DNA of 64,000 bases from Paramecium tetraurelia (Eukaryota), in assembly GCA_000165425.1 (NCBI GenBank), contig CT868274.1, positions 372,001 through 436,000 on the forward strand, written 5' to 3'. The number at the start of each line of letters is the position of its first letter. Position 1 is the stretch's first letter. The notes beneath the pieces are model-generated. The model was not told where the DNA came from. It worked only from the letters and a program-made list of their open reading frames with translations, and did no database searches. The position numbers and the translations under genes are program-made. Below, one piece after another: positions 40,175 through 53,022 of the stretch.

Positions 40175-42917
40175 ATGTTTAATTAGAAAAAAGACTATAT
40201 AAAAAAAAAATATAAAGATGTTCCACCATTAAACATTGGCGATGTGAATAGAATATTGCAACAATATAAAAGTGATGAAGATAAATTTAGAATGTTTGCA
40301 TCAATTTTAGAAATTTAAAAATAGCACACCACACGAACACATGAAAGTAATACAGAAGAAGTTCTAAGGAAGAATGTATAGAGATTGATTGAACTTTATG
40401 GAGACATGGATATTAATTATGATGCTCTCAATAATATTTATAAGAAAGTTGATGAAAATTAGGACATCTAAACTTAAATTGAAAAAATTGAATATAGCAA
40501 TATATTTTAAGGAGATATGAATTCTTAAATAATAAGCGTACAAAAGTAGATTGATAAATATGATCATTACTTGAATGTCATCTAAACTAAGCTTTCTAAA
40601 AATGTATTCACCAATTACTCTAGTTATCTCCAAGCTCTTACTCACATTGATTCAATCGGAAATGTCAGTTAAACACTAATCATTAAGGTTAAAGAGAGCA
40701 GAGAAAAGATGTAGAAAACATAATAGACAGTGATAAAGCACAGCAAATAGATTTTGGAGAAAAGACAATAAATACTAAACTTATAAGTAAACGAATAATA
40801 TTATTATAGCTATTGATAGAAACGCTAAAGAAAGTTAAAGATCAGTATGTTTTGCCTTACGAAAGCTTTGTGCTTAGTATGTAGAATGGATATATAGATG
40901 CATCAACCTACCTACCTACAATTATAGTATTCTTTATTATATATATAGAATATTGAAATAAATGATGGTTTCTAATTTATACCCAAAAATTATAAAGAGG
41001 ATAGGATTGAATACGTTAGAAAATTGACATGTAAAGGGATAATCGATTAGTTTATCAATTATGACGAAAAAATATACAAAATTCATTATGACTCCTATCT
41101 TTACATGGAAGTACATCTATTAATTAAAACAAGAAAAATAATATAGTACAACCTTATGATTAAATAGTTCACATCCTAATTTTGAGAGCATTTGAAGCTA
41201 AATTATAGATAGTATTTGATCAAATTAGTCAAATTTTATAAATAGACTTTTATTTTGACAATTTAACAGATTCTTTAAATTAGATTTCAAAGGAACAACT
41301 CACTGAATTTTATAGAGAATTATGTTGTCAAACGGTTCATTTTTTTATGAATTTTCATTTGATCATAAGATTCCATATTGAAAATACTCAAAATTCCTAA
41401 ATTATTCAATTAAGAAAATTAATTTATGAAAAAGTGTTCGATAGAATTTGTGATTTTATTGATTAAACAACAAGTTGGCCTCGAATGAACAAAGAAGATA
41501 TGATTTGCTTTTTTGGTATGCTTACTATTTTGATTTCTAAATGTGAAGTGTTTGGAGGTTAAAACCTTTAGAAATACAAAACATTTATAGAGGATAAGTT
41601 TAATAATTATTTAGAGACAAGAGGAAATGATAAGCAAATCAAAGAATCACTATTAAATGAAGATTGTAAGAAATGCATGAAAATCACACTTAATTAAACT
41701 TAAAATATTCTACAAATAGCTAATAAATAATCAAAATTTCACATTTTTGATTATACAGATCCACTTCCAGATACATTGAATATCTTCAAATCGATTGAAT
41801 ACAAGAAAATAATAGATTTAATTATGGGTACAACTGTCTCTATGAAAAAATAAAATAATACATCTAGTTTAATTTATTAAGGGAAAGAAAGAACACTCTT
41901 ATTGACATCAACTGTTAGTTAATTGTACATTATAATTCAACAATAGCTGATGTACATTCATTTCTGTTAATAGCATAAAATAAAATTAGTGGAAGAATTG
42001 ATCTTCTTAATTAACTATTATATTTATACTTTAGCTATTCCTATGATATTAGATGAACATAAAAGATATATTTTTGATGATACGCTTAATTTTAATTATG
42101 ACTAAAAGTAAGAGCCAGATCAATATACATAATAATTTGAACACATTAGTTATGTCATCCTCTATAGGGAGAAATATGTAGATTTGATCAAATATCTCAA
42201 AAAAATCCTCATTCCAAAAGATCTTAAGGTTAAAAAAACCTATCAATTTGATTTAATGGATAGAGTTGTATACATTGAATCAATATTGTTTCTAATTAAT
42301 GAATTTGATTCAATAAAAGATGTTTTTACTGAATTTTAACCATTTTACTAAGAATTAAACTCAATAATAGGATAATTATAGGATATTGTAATTAGAGATA
42401 GCATTAATAAAGAACCTTATGCTTCATTAGTTTTATGCAAATATGATTTGAAGTAGAATGATAAGGAAGATTAATAGAGGATTCAGTTGATAGACAAAAT
42501 AATATCGACAAATGAAATTAAATTGCAAGGTTTGTCTTAGCAACAATTAACAGAAGTTTAGACAATATATTATGATGAAATCATCTATCTATTTGCAGTT
42601 GTTTATTCTAGAATTAAGAAAGTTAATAATACTGGCAGAGAAGTTATGTTGAATGATTATCAAAAAGTCTCGAAAACCTTTAATGTTGAAAATAGTTTAT
42701 ACGAATCCTTTGTAAAAATTCTTAATTCAACTTAAGCAGAGACGATTATTGAATATATGAATAATCATTAAGTAATTTATTCAGTTTTTAATATTAATAG
42801 AAAATATTTCCATATAAAATGTTGATGGGCCTATTTAATGCTTAAGGATTATAAAATTGTAAGAAACAACTAAGAAAAGATCAATTGTTTAAGATCTTTT
42901 AAAACTACTAGCAATGA
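40175..42917 (+). CDS. Vps50/syndetin-like (Vps54_N family) CATCHR tethering subunit
   Basis: N-region QKQIDKYDHYLNVIQTKLSKNVFTNYSSYLQAL resembles Vps54_N. C-region VYSRIKKVNNTGREVMLNDYQ resembles the syndetin C-terminal signature. Resemblance is from memory, not from a search. Confidence 0.65.
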
Positions 42918-42952
42918 ATGTAAATAAAACTTGATTGAGTATTAAATATAAA

Positions 42953-44647
42953 TCAATTATCTTTATATCTATTAAATAACGAGATTCTTTACATTTAATC
43001 AATTTCTGATTAATAAATTTTGTTGTCTTAAGACTCATTCAAGCTTTTAAGAGATACTAATTAATTTAATTGAATATTATACTAGCATTTATTTTTTTAA
43101 AGCTACTAAGAGGATCTTTTGTGTAAAAACTGTCTAAATTTGTTTCTTCCATTTTTGAAAATGAAGGCTTTTTAACTGATGGCAATTATCTAATTTAAAT
43201 AGATGATGATTTATTCTCCGATATGTCGGAATCAAAATCGATTTATTCATTATTCGTATTTTAAACTCTCTAGAAAGGAGAATCTGCTTCAGATAGTTGC
43301 CCTTCGGTAGTTGGTTAGAAAATGTTACTTGAATTATTAGTTTTAAGCATTTTCGATACTAGATTTTAATTTGGATTTAATACTGTTTTATTGAGATTAA
43401 GTTACTGGACAAATAAAAAAATCAGATTCCAAAGCTTGTTTGGCTGTGATTCTTTCTAAAGGGTTTTTTGCAAGCATTCTTTTTAATAATTGTTATGCAT
43501 CTAAAGGAATCATATCCATGTCACGTCCATCTAAAATGAAATTGCATTTTTTATTCTAAGCCAACACTTCATTGAATGAATTGCCATAAAATAAACTATG
43601 TCCAAATAGTAATTTGTAGAAGATACACCCACAACTAAAAACGTCACAAACTTTATCGTATTTTTAATCTCTATCAATCAAATTGAGAACCTCAGGAGCT
43701 ACATATCCAGGAGTTCCACATTTTGGGAATTGGTATTTTGAAACTTCAGTAAAGGTGGACAATCCAAAATCAACTATAATAAGAGTATCATATTGATCTT
43801 ATTCACGGAACATGATGTTATCTGGTTTTAAATCTCTATGGATGATATTATTCTCATGTAGGATTCTCACGCCTTCCAGCAGTTATTACATTATGATTCT
43901 TACTGACTTTATCGGAAATAATTCCTTCCTTTACTAAACAACATAATATTAATTATTTATTACTTTCCATAATTCCATTTCCTCTGCTAAGGTTCTTCCT
44001 TGCATTAAATCTAATATTAAATAGTAGGTGTAGTCGCCTTCAAAAGTTTCATACAATTTTATGAAAGGGGCATTTATGCACTATTTATTAAGTAGGTTGA
44101 GAATTTCAACTTCATTCAAAAATGCTTTCATGCCAAATTAGCTTTTCTAAAGATAATGTTTATCAATAGCTTTTGCGGCCAATAAAGTTGACTCTGATCC
44201 AATTTCTTTTATTTGGATCACTTTGGCAGAACTCCCTTTGCCGAGATTGTATTGAGCCTCATAGAAGTCAGAAATCTTAACAAATGTGACTTTATTCTTA
44301 ATTTATTGTCTTATACTAACCATAATGGATATTTGATTACATGTGTAAGTCTTCTGTTTTACCAGTAAAATCTTTGAATTTGCTCTGGTATCTGATAGTC
44401 AATGCTTTTATTATAAGTTTATTATCTTTTTGTTCTGTGATCCATCCAACTTGTTGACTCAATTACAAAAATAAGACATATTTCGGTTTTTCATCCTTAG
44501 GTTTCTATATATAGTGGGGATTCTTACTGTACTCATTAAAAGGTATTTATCTAGAACATAGCAGTAATACTTCACGTCCCGAATGAAATGCTTACGAAGT
44601 ACAACACATTCAAATTAAATTTTAGAGTAATCATATTAAGATGTCAT
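42953..44647 (-). CDS. Ser/Thr protein kinase (CAMK group) with N-terminal PH-like extension
   Basis: LGKGSSAKV, AAK, HRDLKPDN, DFGLS, KCGTPGYVAPE, DVFSCG. TGA 42953-42955. Confidence 0.93.
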
Positions 44648-44665
44648 ATACAATAAATTAATTAT

Positions 44666-46164
44666 TCATTTAATTGAACTAATAAAGTTATATTGGCTGC
44701 CATCCATTTCAGAGTTACTATCATGTATTTTGAACGCACTTGTTTTTCTTCTTCGCATTAAAAATTTCTTTTTAGTCTCTATCCTTTAAACTTCTCTTTC
44801 AATTTTAGGGATTTTCAATACTTTTTTAACTACAGGTTGTGAAGATCTAATTTATTGCAAGACTGGAGAAGGCAATCTTTTTTCAGTGCTTCCCAATTAT
44901 AAAAAATCCAAATTAATATTTCTCTCCAAGTCTTTTTTTACTTCAGTTAAATCATTAAAATGTTTCTCATATTGTAACAGTTATCTCATAAAATTATTGT
45001 TCTTCTATTCAGACAACTAAATCAAAGCATTTTTGATGGATGGAACCTTGTCCAATATGGTTTCAAAACATTCCCTCTTAACCATGTAGAGTTCTGATTG
45101 ATCAGTAACTGAATAGACTGAGTGTGTTCTTACATTATTATTCTTTGCTTTAGTTATACTGAATGTTTACTTGCATTAAGAATTCCATTTCTCCAAACAT
45201 CTATCCTGCAGTTATATATTTGATAGTCACAGGTTTCTTCTTCTCCAAATAATAGATATTGCCATATTTCTTTCTTTAAAACCGAGCCTCTAATCTTTCT
45301 GAGATTGTGTAGGTCTTCGGAGTGCTCATTCCACACAAAATCTTCTCGAAATCGCCCTTGAACATCTCATTCAAGTCTATGGTCGATGTCTTTATTATTT
45401 TGACTATCTTGAACTCCCCCTTTTTAATGATGTATACGTAGTCTAATGGATCCCCCTCCTTGTACACAGTGGCATTCATTGCATATCGTTTTACATAAGC
45501 CCTATCATAAAATACCTTGATATCCTGAAATCTCCAGTTGTGGAAGAAATCTAGATTTGCAAATTCTTCGAAATAAGCTTTCTTTAATTGATTTTTGACA
45601 CTCTTAGCTATAATTTAATAACTCTCCTTATTCAAATATGCGAGATGGGTGTTCTCTATAGCTCTGACAGAGGCTGTTCTGAGTGCATCAGAATCCATGG
45701 CTCGTTCTCCAAAAGTCTCGAAATTCGTCAATTGTTTTATCTCATTATCGAATATCGAGGCTTGTGGATCAGATGGATTGAAATCCTTCAACACTGACAC
45801 ACGACCACTTATGATAAAGTAGAAATTGTCTCCTTTTTCTCCTTCTTTAAAAACAAAGTGTCCTAATGGAATATACTTGTGTCTAAGATTCCTACAACAT
45901 TATTCATGCAAAAGATCGGAACCCAAATTCGCAAAAAAATCAAGAGATCGTGTGGCCTATTTTAGCAGTTCAACATCTGCTTATAATCTCAGTTCACATG
46001 GCTTCAGAAGTATAAAAATCATTATATCTATGATGTCTTGATAACTGTACTCTCATGATTACATACTTAGAAAAATCCCTTTGACTCATCCTCAGATCGA
46101 TTTTCTACAGTACAGTCGATGCCCTTCTAATCTACTCTGTATTAAATTTTAGTCGTTTAATCAT
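44666..46164 (-). CDS. Protein with two tandem cyclic-nucleotide-binding domains and no kinase domain
   Basis: VFKEGEKGDNFYFIISGRV..TFGERAMDSDALRTASV and VYKEGDPLDYVYIIKKGEF..FGEEE. TGA 44666-44668. Confidence 0.9.
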
Positions 46165-46299
46165 ATACTATATTAATATATTAAATTAATAACTCTAATA
46201 ATCAACCCATAGGATATACAGGATACTCTTTCCTTCAATCAAAGGAATTAACAAATATAATTATTTGAAACCATAGAAATAATTAATTAGAATATCATG

Positions 46300-47250
46300 A
46301 ATTTAATTCTAGTATATCTCTTTGTCTCATTCAGACACTAAGATCAATTAAAAGATTACATTAAACAAAATATAGCTTGAAATTAGAATTAGTACTTTAT
46401 ATATATTATTTTCTTATTTCTTTAGATAAAAATTAAAATCAATTCAAATTCAAAATTCTCCAAAAAGCTTATTGATATTGGGAGTCTCAAGCTCTAAACA
46501 TGAAATGCAAGTAATCCCTTAAGAGAATTCACCATTAATTTATTGTGTCCAGATTTTTCAGTTAATAAATTTCCATTCACTTATAATTTTTGTTTTCAAA
46601 TATAGTCCAATCAATCTGAAATCAAATACTCTTCTGAATTGAATGGCTGCTCAATTACACAGACATTGACTAGGGAAGTGTTCAAAATTTTCAATAAAAT
46701 TTATTTAAAAAACATTTTCAATATAGATGTGCATTTCTTGCACTTATTTCATAGATATCTGATGTTCCAGATGATTGATGCAGGATTCTGAGAACAATTC
46801 TAAGAGAGAGAGTGTCACTTGTTTGATCATGATTGGATGATTATTGGAAAATGAACGATTGGGAAGGAAAGGCCAGAGAAACCCAAAAGGACCGAGATTT
46901 CATGAGTTGTGAGAGTGTTGGACTTGAATTTCCATGAATTGAATAAAATTAAAAAACATTGAAATTCAATGATTTTCAATAATATGAAATATTGATAGTA
47001 TTAATTCGGGTAGCAGAAATATATTTTATAGTACATAAAACGCTCAAAAATGTGGCTTCATTATGTACATATAAAAACCCTAGAACCAATTTGTCTTGGG
47101 CTGTTGTAACATTATTAGCACCAGTTTGATCTAAGAATGAAGTTCTAAACTGTTTAGTATTTAATAAATCCTGATATTGAAATTTTTGGTGCAAATATTT
47201 ATTGCATTAATATTAATTTTAAATAATATTTCTTTTAGACAGAAACACTC
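46300..47250. pseudogene. Coding-like but stop-interrupted tract, unresolved
   Basis: Higher GC than spacers, but all frames I read contain TGAs and no coherent intron model emerged. Confidence 0.3.
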
Positions 47251-47332
47251 TCTTGAATGTTCAACACTTTAAACCTTAGTTAATATCTTCACAGTCAAAT
47301 GAATAGTAAGAATAATTAGATAATTAGATTCT

Positions 47333-48831
47333 ATGAATCCTCAAAATTTCACTTAACCTTTAACCTCTTCATAACTACCAAGACATGATGCTCAAGAAAT
47401 GATCCAATCAGTTATTAATTAACCTGAAGAGGAGATGAATATTGAAAAACTAGTAAATATTATTAAAATTCCTAGGACCAAAATAACAGCGGAGACCTGG
47501 ACGGAATGGTAAAAAGGGAAAGCTATGCGTGCATTCCAGCTTAGTAGACCATAAAACAAGAGTTTAAAAGGGAATCTCCACATGTAAAGATAAGTGTTTA
47601 TAAATAACATCAACTGGCTAGTTAAAAATTTTATATCCTCCAAGATGACAAGTAATTTCTCTCATTTATTCTTAGAATCATCGGCGGAAATTAAGTGCAT
47701 AAAAATGAAATCTAAATTATAAGAAGAAAGAAAGCTGAAGATAACAACTTGGATTTCGGTATTAAACAATCCCTATATTTAAGGTCTTTCTGGTTAAGAA
47801 TCTAATGTTGAATTAATCCCCTGCAAAATTTTAACTAAATACGGATTTCTCTATTCGAGCAGGATCACTTCTGAAATTCTTGTTCTTCTTTCGTTGAAGT
47901 ACTTACCACAAGGATAAAGTTTGCATTCTAAAATCGCTAAATTACCCTCAAATGTGTTCAGACTCATTCATCAATTTATCAAGTAGTTTATTATTATATT
48001 TTCAAGAGTAAAACCAAAATTCTTTGTTTAAGATTGTGGAACCTCTCTCAAAACATTGGTTAGGATACAAAAAGACAAGCCAAAAAGAATGCAATTGAAC
48101 AACAAATACTTAATTGGATCTGATTTATACTTCAATGTTGTTTAGTTAATCTCAAATCCAAAATCTACTCACAAACAAAACTTAGAAACTGATAATGATT
48201 ATTTTTTCTAAACTCTTGTTAGAGAACATGCAAGAGATAGATCCAGAATACACGGATTAACCAAAGAGGAACAGGAAATGTTTTAATGTATTGATATTTG
48301 ACATTACTTTTTAGAATACCTAAAAAATTATTCTCAATCAAAGAAAAAGGGAAGAAAACTGTATACTCTATTGAATTGCAATCGCCCTTTTCTTAAAATA
48401 CAGTTTGATACTCCCATTGTCAAATAAATGGCAGTGTTTATTGCAAAAGAGGGACAATAACAAATTTTTAAAATTGGAAGGTCTCAGGATTGCGACATCA
48501 TAGTCAATATCAATACAGTTTCCAGAAAGTAAACATAAATCAAATTCAACGGAAATTAATGGGAAATATGTGATGGTGAGGGAGTAAAGCAATCTGCCAA
48601 TGGAACTTGGTAGTCCTTATAATAATATGATAATCCTTTAAGTTAAAAATCAAAGTAGAGCATACCAATTCAAATAGAAGATAAAATGGAACTCAAAATA
48701 AGTGAAAATATTTTTAAATTTGAAATGGTAGGATTTGGTATCTCGAAAAGGTAAGATATTTGTAATATTTTATTAGAAGGAAATTAAATAACTCATTATA
48801 TAAAGAGCTAACTAACATTGAGTAATTATGA
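47333..48831 (+). CDS. FHA-domain protein (C-terminal FHA plus a possible degenerate upstream FHA)
   Basis: IFKIGRSQDCDIIVNINTVSRKQ..WEICDGEGVKQSANGTW (~48465-48612). Upstream FFVKDCGTSLKTLVRI. TGA 48829-48831. Confidence 0.85.
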
Positions 48832-48979
48832 ATTCATTAATTATTTTCACTTAAAATCTAATTTATTATATCTTTTGAGTATTCAACTTTGTAATAACTC
48901 ATAAATCTTTTGATTGAACCATTCCATATAGAGTGTTTCAAATTGTATCTAATTTTAATAGAATTACATTATTTTTTAT

Positions 48980-49945
48980 ATGGGAAAATTTTCAAGAAAT
49001 CAAAAATAGAATTAAGGACTTAAAGTTCGCTTAGAATCTAAGTTATAACTTGGACAACTAAAAGTTTAGATTAAAAAACCTGAAATTAAAAAGCCCGAAA
49101 TTGGTAAACCTCCTGGATTGAATAAGATATCAATGGCGTAACCTAAAATCTGGAGTACTCAATAACGAGATATCAATATTATCGAATTTCTTATTAATGA
49201 AGGTCGACATTTCCTACTTCATTTTGCTGGAGCAAAGAAGAACTTGAAGAATGAATAAAATTAATATAAAAGGATGCTCAAATAAGAGAAATATAATGAA
49301 TAAAAATCTAATTAACCTTTATATGAATTCTTAGAATCCTTTTCTGAAAACCATCTTGGATAACCATCGAGGAACAAGAAAAAGGAAAGGATAGTTGTTT
49401 TTTTCTTTAGAAGCAATTGCCTCCACAATCTAAAAAACAGATACACTAAACAGATGGATATATAAAATGAGAATTGGATTAAGATTTTGAAGGAGATTAA
49501 GTTTATATTAGATGAAACCTTTTACACGGAATTAATTGAATTATTAAAAAAATTAGAAGAGAATAATGATATTAAGTGGATTACAGAGTAGTTAATACAA
49601 CAATTTAGTGAGACTGATAATTTAAAAGACATTTAAGTTATATTTAAAAATCTTTTGATTCAAATCTTTAAGGGACGTTTGGATGAGCATCTATATTGGG
49701 ATAAAGTCTAGAATCTCCCACCAGATTAAATATTAAAAATTTACAAGGAAAGAATACCTCACTATTAACCATAGATTATGAAGTTTGTGAAAAGTGTGAA
49801 GACTCTCTTTGATGGAGAATCAAAAGATAATAATCAAAACTTTTAGTATCAAGATATCGAGAAAGATCATTTTGATGATTTCGATTATGAGTAACAATTA
49901 TTCAAAGACTACTCCGTTATAAATTTTCATTCAGAAGAATTCTGA
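48980..49945 (+). CDS. Hypothetical protein (single exon, ~320 aa, basic N-terminus, acidic C-terminus)
   Basis: Uninterrupted code-6 frame MGKFSRNQ...HSEEF-TGA. Confidence 0.8.
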
Positions 49946-50004
49946 TATTTTTATTTATATCCATCAATAGTATTCATATACAAATTTAAATAATTAAATT
50001 ATTC

Positions 50005-50895
50005 ATGGCCTAATAATCCGCCGAATTCGCACAAAAAGTTGATGACTCTCATAAAGGTTAAGACGACGATAAAAATTAACCTTAGGAAGTGAAACAATAA
50101 AATGAAGAGAAAAATGAAGCACCAAAGACAGAAAACAAAGTTCCTAGTTTGTTTGGATCATTGATCAATGGATAAAATTTATTCACTAACAATTAAACAT
50201 CTTCCATTTTTTAAGGAAGTTTGTTTGGGTCAACCTAGCCAACAACTGGAATTTTTAGCACAGGACCTCCTGTTTTAGGCAATGCCAATGTAGATCTCAC
50301 AAAACCAGGACCATCCTTGTTTGGTATTAGTTACACAGCACCAAAGTCAGATGATAGCGAGCCAGGAGAAGATGATGGTATCAATGACTTATCTATTTTA
50401 TAGGATAAGATGATTAGAAACCAGAGGATGATGAACCATAACAAATAGTAATGAAATATGATTACACTTAAAACACAGATCAATTAGTAAAGGTAATTGT
50501 ATTTTTATGATCAAAGGTCAATGTTGAAAAGTTTAGAAAAAATACAAATGATATTTTGGAGAAGGGATCTGTTGCTATTGAAAAAACAAAAAATGGAAAT
50601 GCTTATTATCTTGTTTATAGGTATGTTGTTTTATCTATTTGTTAGAAATGCAATTTAGTAATCATTTTATACTGGGTAATTTGTCAAAGGATTCTCAGAG
50701 ATCAAACCCTTGGGATAGAAGCCAGAAAATTTAATTATTAAAGCTATCAGCAGAAAAGAAAAATAGTATAGAAGATAAGATGAGTAAGGTGAAGATGAAA
50801 AGAAATCAATATCTGTTGACATATTAAAAGTAATGTTCACAACCAAAGAGGGATCAGAAGAGTTTAAAACAGAGTTTGCAAAAATATTTTAATGA
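50005..50895 (+). CDS. Nup50/Nup2/RanBP-like protein: SLFG repeats, acidic linker, C-terminal Ran-binding/PH-like domain
   Basis: PSLFGS, GSLFGS, PSLFGI plus NLFT/SIFQ/GIFS, then DDSEPGEDD, then VEKFRK..EKGSVAIEKTKNGNAYLVYRN..KVMFTTKEGSEEFKTEF. Three introns. Confidence 0.7.
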
Positions 50896-50922
50896 TATTA
50901 CATATTAAATGAATTTTTAGGA

Positions 50923-51289
50923 TCATGGTTAACAGAAAAAGCATTAAACGTTGCCATCCATATCATTAAATTCAACATTAGGAAAGTTTTTCTTTTTTTC
51001 CAACATATTTATGCGCATTACCTCAAAAAACTCTTGGAATGTTAAAGATTCTCTGTTTCCAATTTAATCATTTAACTTTGGAGCATCATATGAATCTCTG
51101 TATAATTTTCTTAGAGTTTCAGTGCTAATAACTCCATCCTCAATGTATTTATTAAAAGAATACTTTTGGATCTAGAGAATTAAAAACATTTTTGATGCCC
51201 TCAATTTCTTATTCCGTAAGACCTGAGTTTTATTGGCAAGACTATGAAATGTCTTAATTACAAGTTTGTGTAAGATTGCTATTTCCCAT
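50923..51289 (-). CDS. Small N-myristoylation-candidate protein with degenerate EF-hands
   Basis: MGNSNL..GLTEQEIEGIKNVFNSLDPK|DGVISTETL..SLTFQEFFEVM. Intron ~51124-51148. Ends QCFFCQP-TGA. Confidence 0.75.
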
Positions 51290-51322
51290 AATATTAATGA
51301 TTATAATTAGAATAAAACTGAT

Positions 51323-52954
51323 TCAAAATTTAGTTTATTCACAAATATGATCCAACTTCTCAGCGTGTTATGGATTATGAGTCATCGTATTGCAATTAAT
51401 TCCAAACCAACACTATCCTCTATTTTTAATTTTATCAGCCATCTAATCTCTAATCGAAATACGGTATCTGAAAACTATCTATTGCCAAACTAAAGTGAAG
51501 CATTGATTGCAAACAGGCTAATAATGATAGAAAGTAAAGAGATACAGTTTCATTGAGAATGAGCATATCGATTGTTCTTTTTGGATCTTTGTGAGTACGC
51601 TTTCCTTCTACATATTTGAATCCCCCTTTGCTAATATGATTATCAAGCATATATTTGAAGATATCCTGTGTTGTCAAACCTTTCTGTTTCATGTAATCCA
51701 GAAATGCTTACAATTCAAATTGATTTTATCTAAAACATTGAACATCTACATTCCCAGGAACTGCATGTCTTTCAATACGAGCATTCGGGTTCTTCTTGCT
51801 CAATTATTAACAATTCTTATTATAGAGAGTGCAAAAGTAATTTTCACATAATTGACATCTAAAAACCAATCTTTTTTCATTTAAATCTAATTGATTAATT
51901 TATATTAATTACCAAATTTAGGCATTTTGGATGCACAATTACCACAATTTAAATGTGGAACACTTCTTCTTTAACATTGATATCCATTAATACTTCTAAT
52001 GCATGTGACACAATCTTTTGTAACAGGACCATCATCTTCTTCAGCTGAGTAATCACTGATATGATTCTACTTATGTGTTTCTGTTTAAATATCTTATTAG
52101 ACAATAGGAGCTTATTATTGTGCAGCTGGCCTACCTCGTCCTCTAGCTGGAGCTACATTGGTAACAGGTTAAACTATGGGAATTGGATCAGATGAATTAA
52201 AAACAATTGCGTCTCCTTTGATTTTATTCTTTGACTCCATTTCTTTATATTCTTCAGCTGGTCTTTTTTTATCAGGATTCATCAAGAGGTACCTCTCTAC
52301 AACATTATTCACCATTGAATTTTTATTCACAGATTAAACATCTTTACGACAGGATGGACAAGTTTTGGATTTAGCCATCCAATCTGAAAAACAAGCACCA
52401 CAAAAGTTATGTAGACATGGCACCAATGAAACGCATTAAAATATTAAATCATCACAGATTGGACAATGCATATCTTCTTACATATCCTCAAGCATTTGAA
52501 TTTTTTTCTGTTGTTATTCATCCAATTAAACCTCCACTTTTACTTCCTTCACTGATTTGATGACTAATGTGAATCCAATTATATCTGTTATGGGAACTTT
52601 GCTTTTGTGTAATAAATAGATCTCATCCCCATTCTTTAATATAATTTCATTGTTTTTCCCTATCTTTTAATCTCCTATAAATGTTCCATTCGTTGATAAA
52701 TCTTACATCTAAGCCAAGTTATTAGCGGAGTCCCATTTAATTTTACAATGTAGTCCAGACAATCTGCTCTCATTAATCACTATTTTATTGGTGTCCAATC
52801 TTCCAATTGTTATCTAATAATACAACTTTAACATTACTTCTTCATCATACAAGTCCTGTGAATTGAATTTGCCTCCATTCAATGATATTAATTTTCCCCA
52901 AGCCTGTTAAGCATTATTAACATTTGGTTCATCCAAATCTGGAGTTCCTTGCAT
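51323..52954 (-). CDS. CHFR: CHFR-like E3 ubiquitin ligase (FHA, RING, Cys-rich region, PBZ)
   Basis: FHA WGKL..ITIGR..SGLHC..DLSTNGTF; RING CPICDDLIFQCVSLVPCLHNFCGACFSDW..CPSCR; C-terminus RGQCWFGINCNTMTHNPQHAEKLDHICEQTKF-TGA. Confidence 0.9.
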
Positions 52955-53022
52955 TAGAATTTAATAAGAAATTAAAAATTAAAATAAAATTTATAATTAT
53001 TTATAGTAATATAATATATACT

